The notes under the pieces were generated by a model that made no database searches, was not told where the DNA came from, and saw only the letters and a list, made by a program, of their open reading frames with translations. From positions 186,001 through 250,000 of the forward strand of contig NC_090367.1 in NCBI RefSeq assembly GCF_035084215.1: DNA of 64,000 bases. Direction: 5' to 3'. This stretch comes from Heptranchias perlo. Taxonomy: Eukaryota. The translations under genes and the position numbers were made by a program. Shown here one piece after another: positions 62,790 through 64,000 of this stretch; position 1 is the first letter of the stretch; each line of letters starts with the position of its first letter.

Positions 62790-63460
62790 CCACTCTGTAG
62801 TGGTCCTGGGTTCAAGTCCCACTGCAGAACTAGGCACATAATCCAGGCTGAGACTGCAGAACCAAAGGGGACATGAGGGAAAACTTTTTTTTACACAGCG
62901 AGTGGTTAGGATCTGGAGTGCACTGCCCGAGGGGGTGGTGGAGGCAGATTCAGTCATTGCCTTCAAAAGGGAACTGGATAAGTACTTGAAAGGAAAAAAT
63001 TTGCAGGGCTACGGGGATAGGGCTGGGGAGTGGGACTAGCTGGATTGCTCTTGCATAGAGCTGGCACAGACTCGATGGGCTGAATAGCCTCCTTCCGTGC
63101 TGTAACCTTTCTATGATTCAGTACTGAGGGAATGCTACACCAGCAGACTTGCCATCTTTCAGATGAGGTGTTAAAACCCAGAGCTCATCTGCCTGTTCAA
63201 GGGGATGTAGAAGAACCAAAGGCATTATTCAAAGAGAAGTAGGGAGTTTTCCTGGTGTTCTGGTCAATATTCTTCCCTCAACCATCAAAAACAAATTAAC
63301 TGGTCATTCACCTTATTTGCTGTTTGTGGGATCTTGCTACGTGCAAATTGGCTGCCGTGTTTGTCTACATAACAATTGTGACTACACTTCAAAATCAATC
63401 GATTGGCAGTTTGGGAGATTCGGAGGATGCAAAAGGTGCTTTTTAAATGTACATTCTTCT
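62790..63460 (+). mobile_element. Old Deu-domain SINE split by a CR1 3' end (~62858-63117)
   Basis: SINE ...AGACTGCAG | CR1 | CAGTACTGAGGG... resumes. Confidence 0.78.
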
Positions 63461-63510
63461 TACAAATATTAAATGGTAGTATGTGGTATAAGATTATCGA
63501 CATCACTCAC

Positions 63511-63565
63511 CCGAGAAAACAAGAATCACAATGGCAGCCACGAGAGAAACCTCACACATCTTCAT
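63511..63565 (-). pseudogene. Kazal locus E, exon 1 (intact signal peptide): MKMCEVSLVAAIVILVFS
   Basis: Homologous to gene D exon 1; GTGAGT donor; TATAAATA at ~63607-63614. Confidence 0.8.
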
Positions 63566-63614
63566 TATTAAACAGATGAATGTAAATTGAAGGTTAGTGC
63601 TGACGGTATTTATA

Positions 63615-63912
63615 GTCACATCCTGTTCCTGTTTGTGACATCACCGTCACACATCCTGTTCCTGTTTGTGGCATCACCGTCACACATCCTGTTCCTGTTT
63701 GTGACATCACCGTCACACATCCTCTTCCCGTTTGTGACATCACCGTCACACTTCCTGTTCCTGTTTGTGACATCACCGTCACACATCCTGTTCCCGTTTG
63801 TGACATCACCGTCATACATCCTGTTCCCGTTTGTGACATCACCGTCACACATCCTGTTCCCGTTTGTGACATCACCGTCACACATCCTGTTCCCGTTTGT
63901 GACATCACCGTT
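63615..63912. repeat. 33-bp minisatellite (GTCACACATCCTGTTCCYGTTTGTGACATCACC) x~9, directly upstream of the locus E TATA box
   Basis: Tandem units; single homologous copies sit in the promoters of C and D. Confidence 0.95.
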
Positions 63913-64000
63913 CTCCTTTAGAGTCACTTGAAACGTGCTGAATGAATAATTAAATATTATTTTTCAAAACTTTATAAAAGGATGTTTTATTGTAGGTTGA

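Noticed and set aside
1-64000. CRISPR-like arrays or a prokaryotic defence system
   Set aside because: The arrays have no unique spacers, there are no cas genes, and the sequence is spliced vertebrate DNA

Overview
Eukaryotic, not microbial: the repeat families point to a cartilaginous fish (shark-like; inferred). The window is repeat-rich and has a 200-N gap at 3358-3557. Real genes had to be assembled from splice sites, and nearly all long ORFs in the track are artefacts of tandem repeats or LINEs. (1) The last six coding exons of NAA40 (+, 4093-10645) carry two apparent +1 frameshifts. (2) A cluster of five single-domain Kazal-type protease inhibitor (SPINK-like) loci, missed by the ORF track, spans ~25.1-63.6 kb. 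Two are complete (P1 = Glu and Leu), one lacks an identified first exon (P1 = Arg), one is inverted and partly deleted, and one has a decayed Kazal exon and a promoter amplified into a minisatellite. (3) A processed RPL24 pseudogene is split by a young CR1 LINE with an open ORF2. (4) The rest is CR1/L2 LINEs, Deu-type SINEs, decayed PIF/Harbinger elements, a Penelope-like hairpin and about ten tandem arrays, including a CCAAT-box array in CpG-rich sequence.
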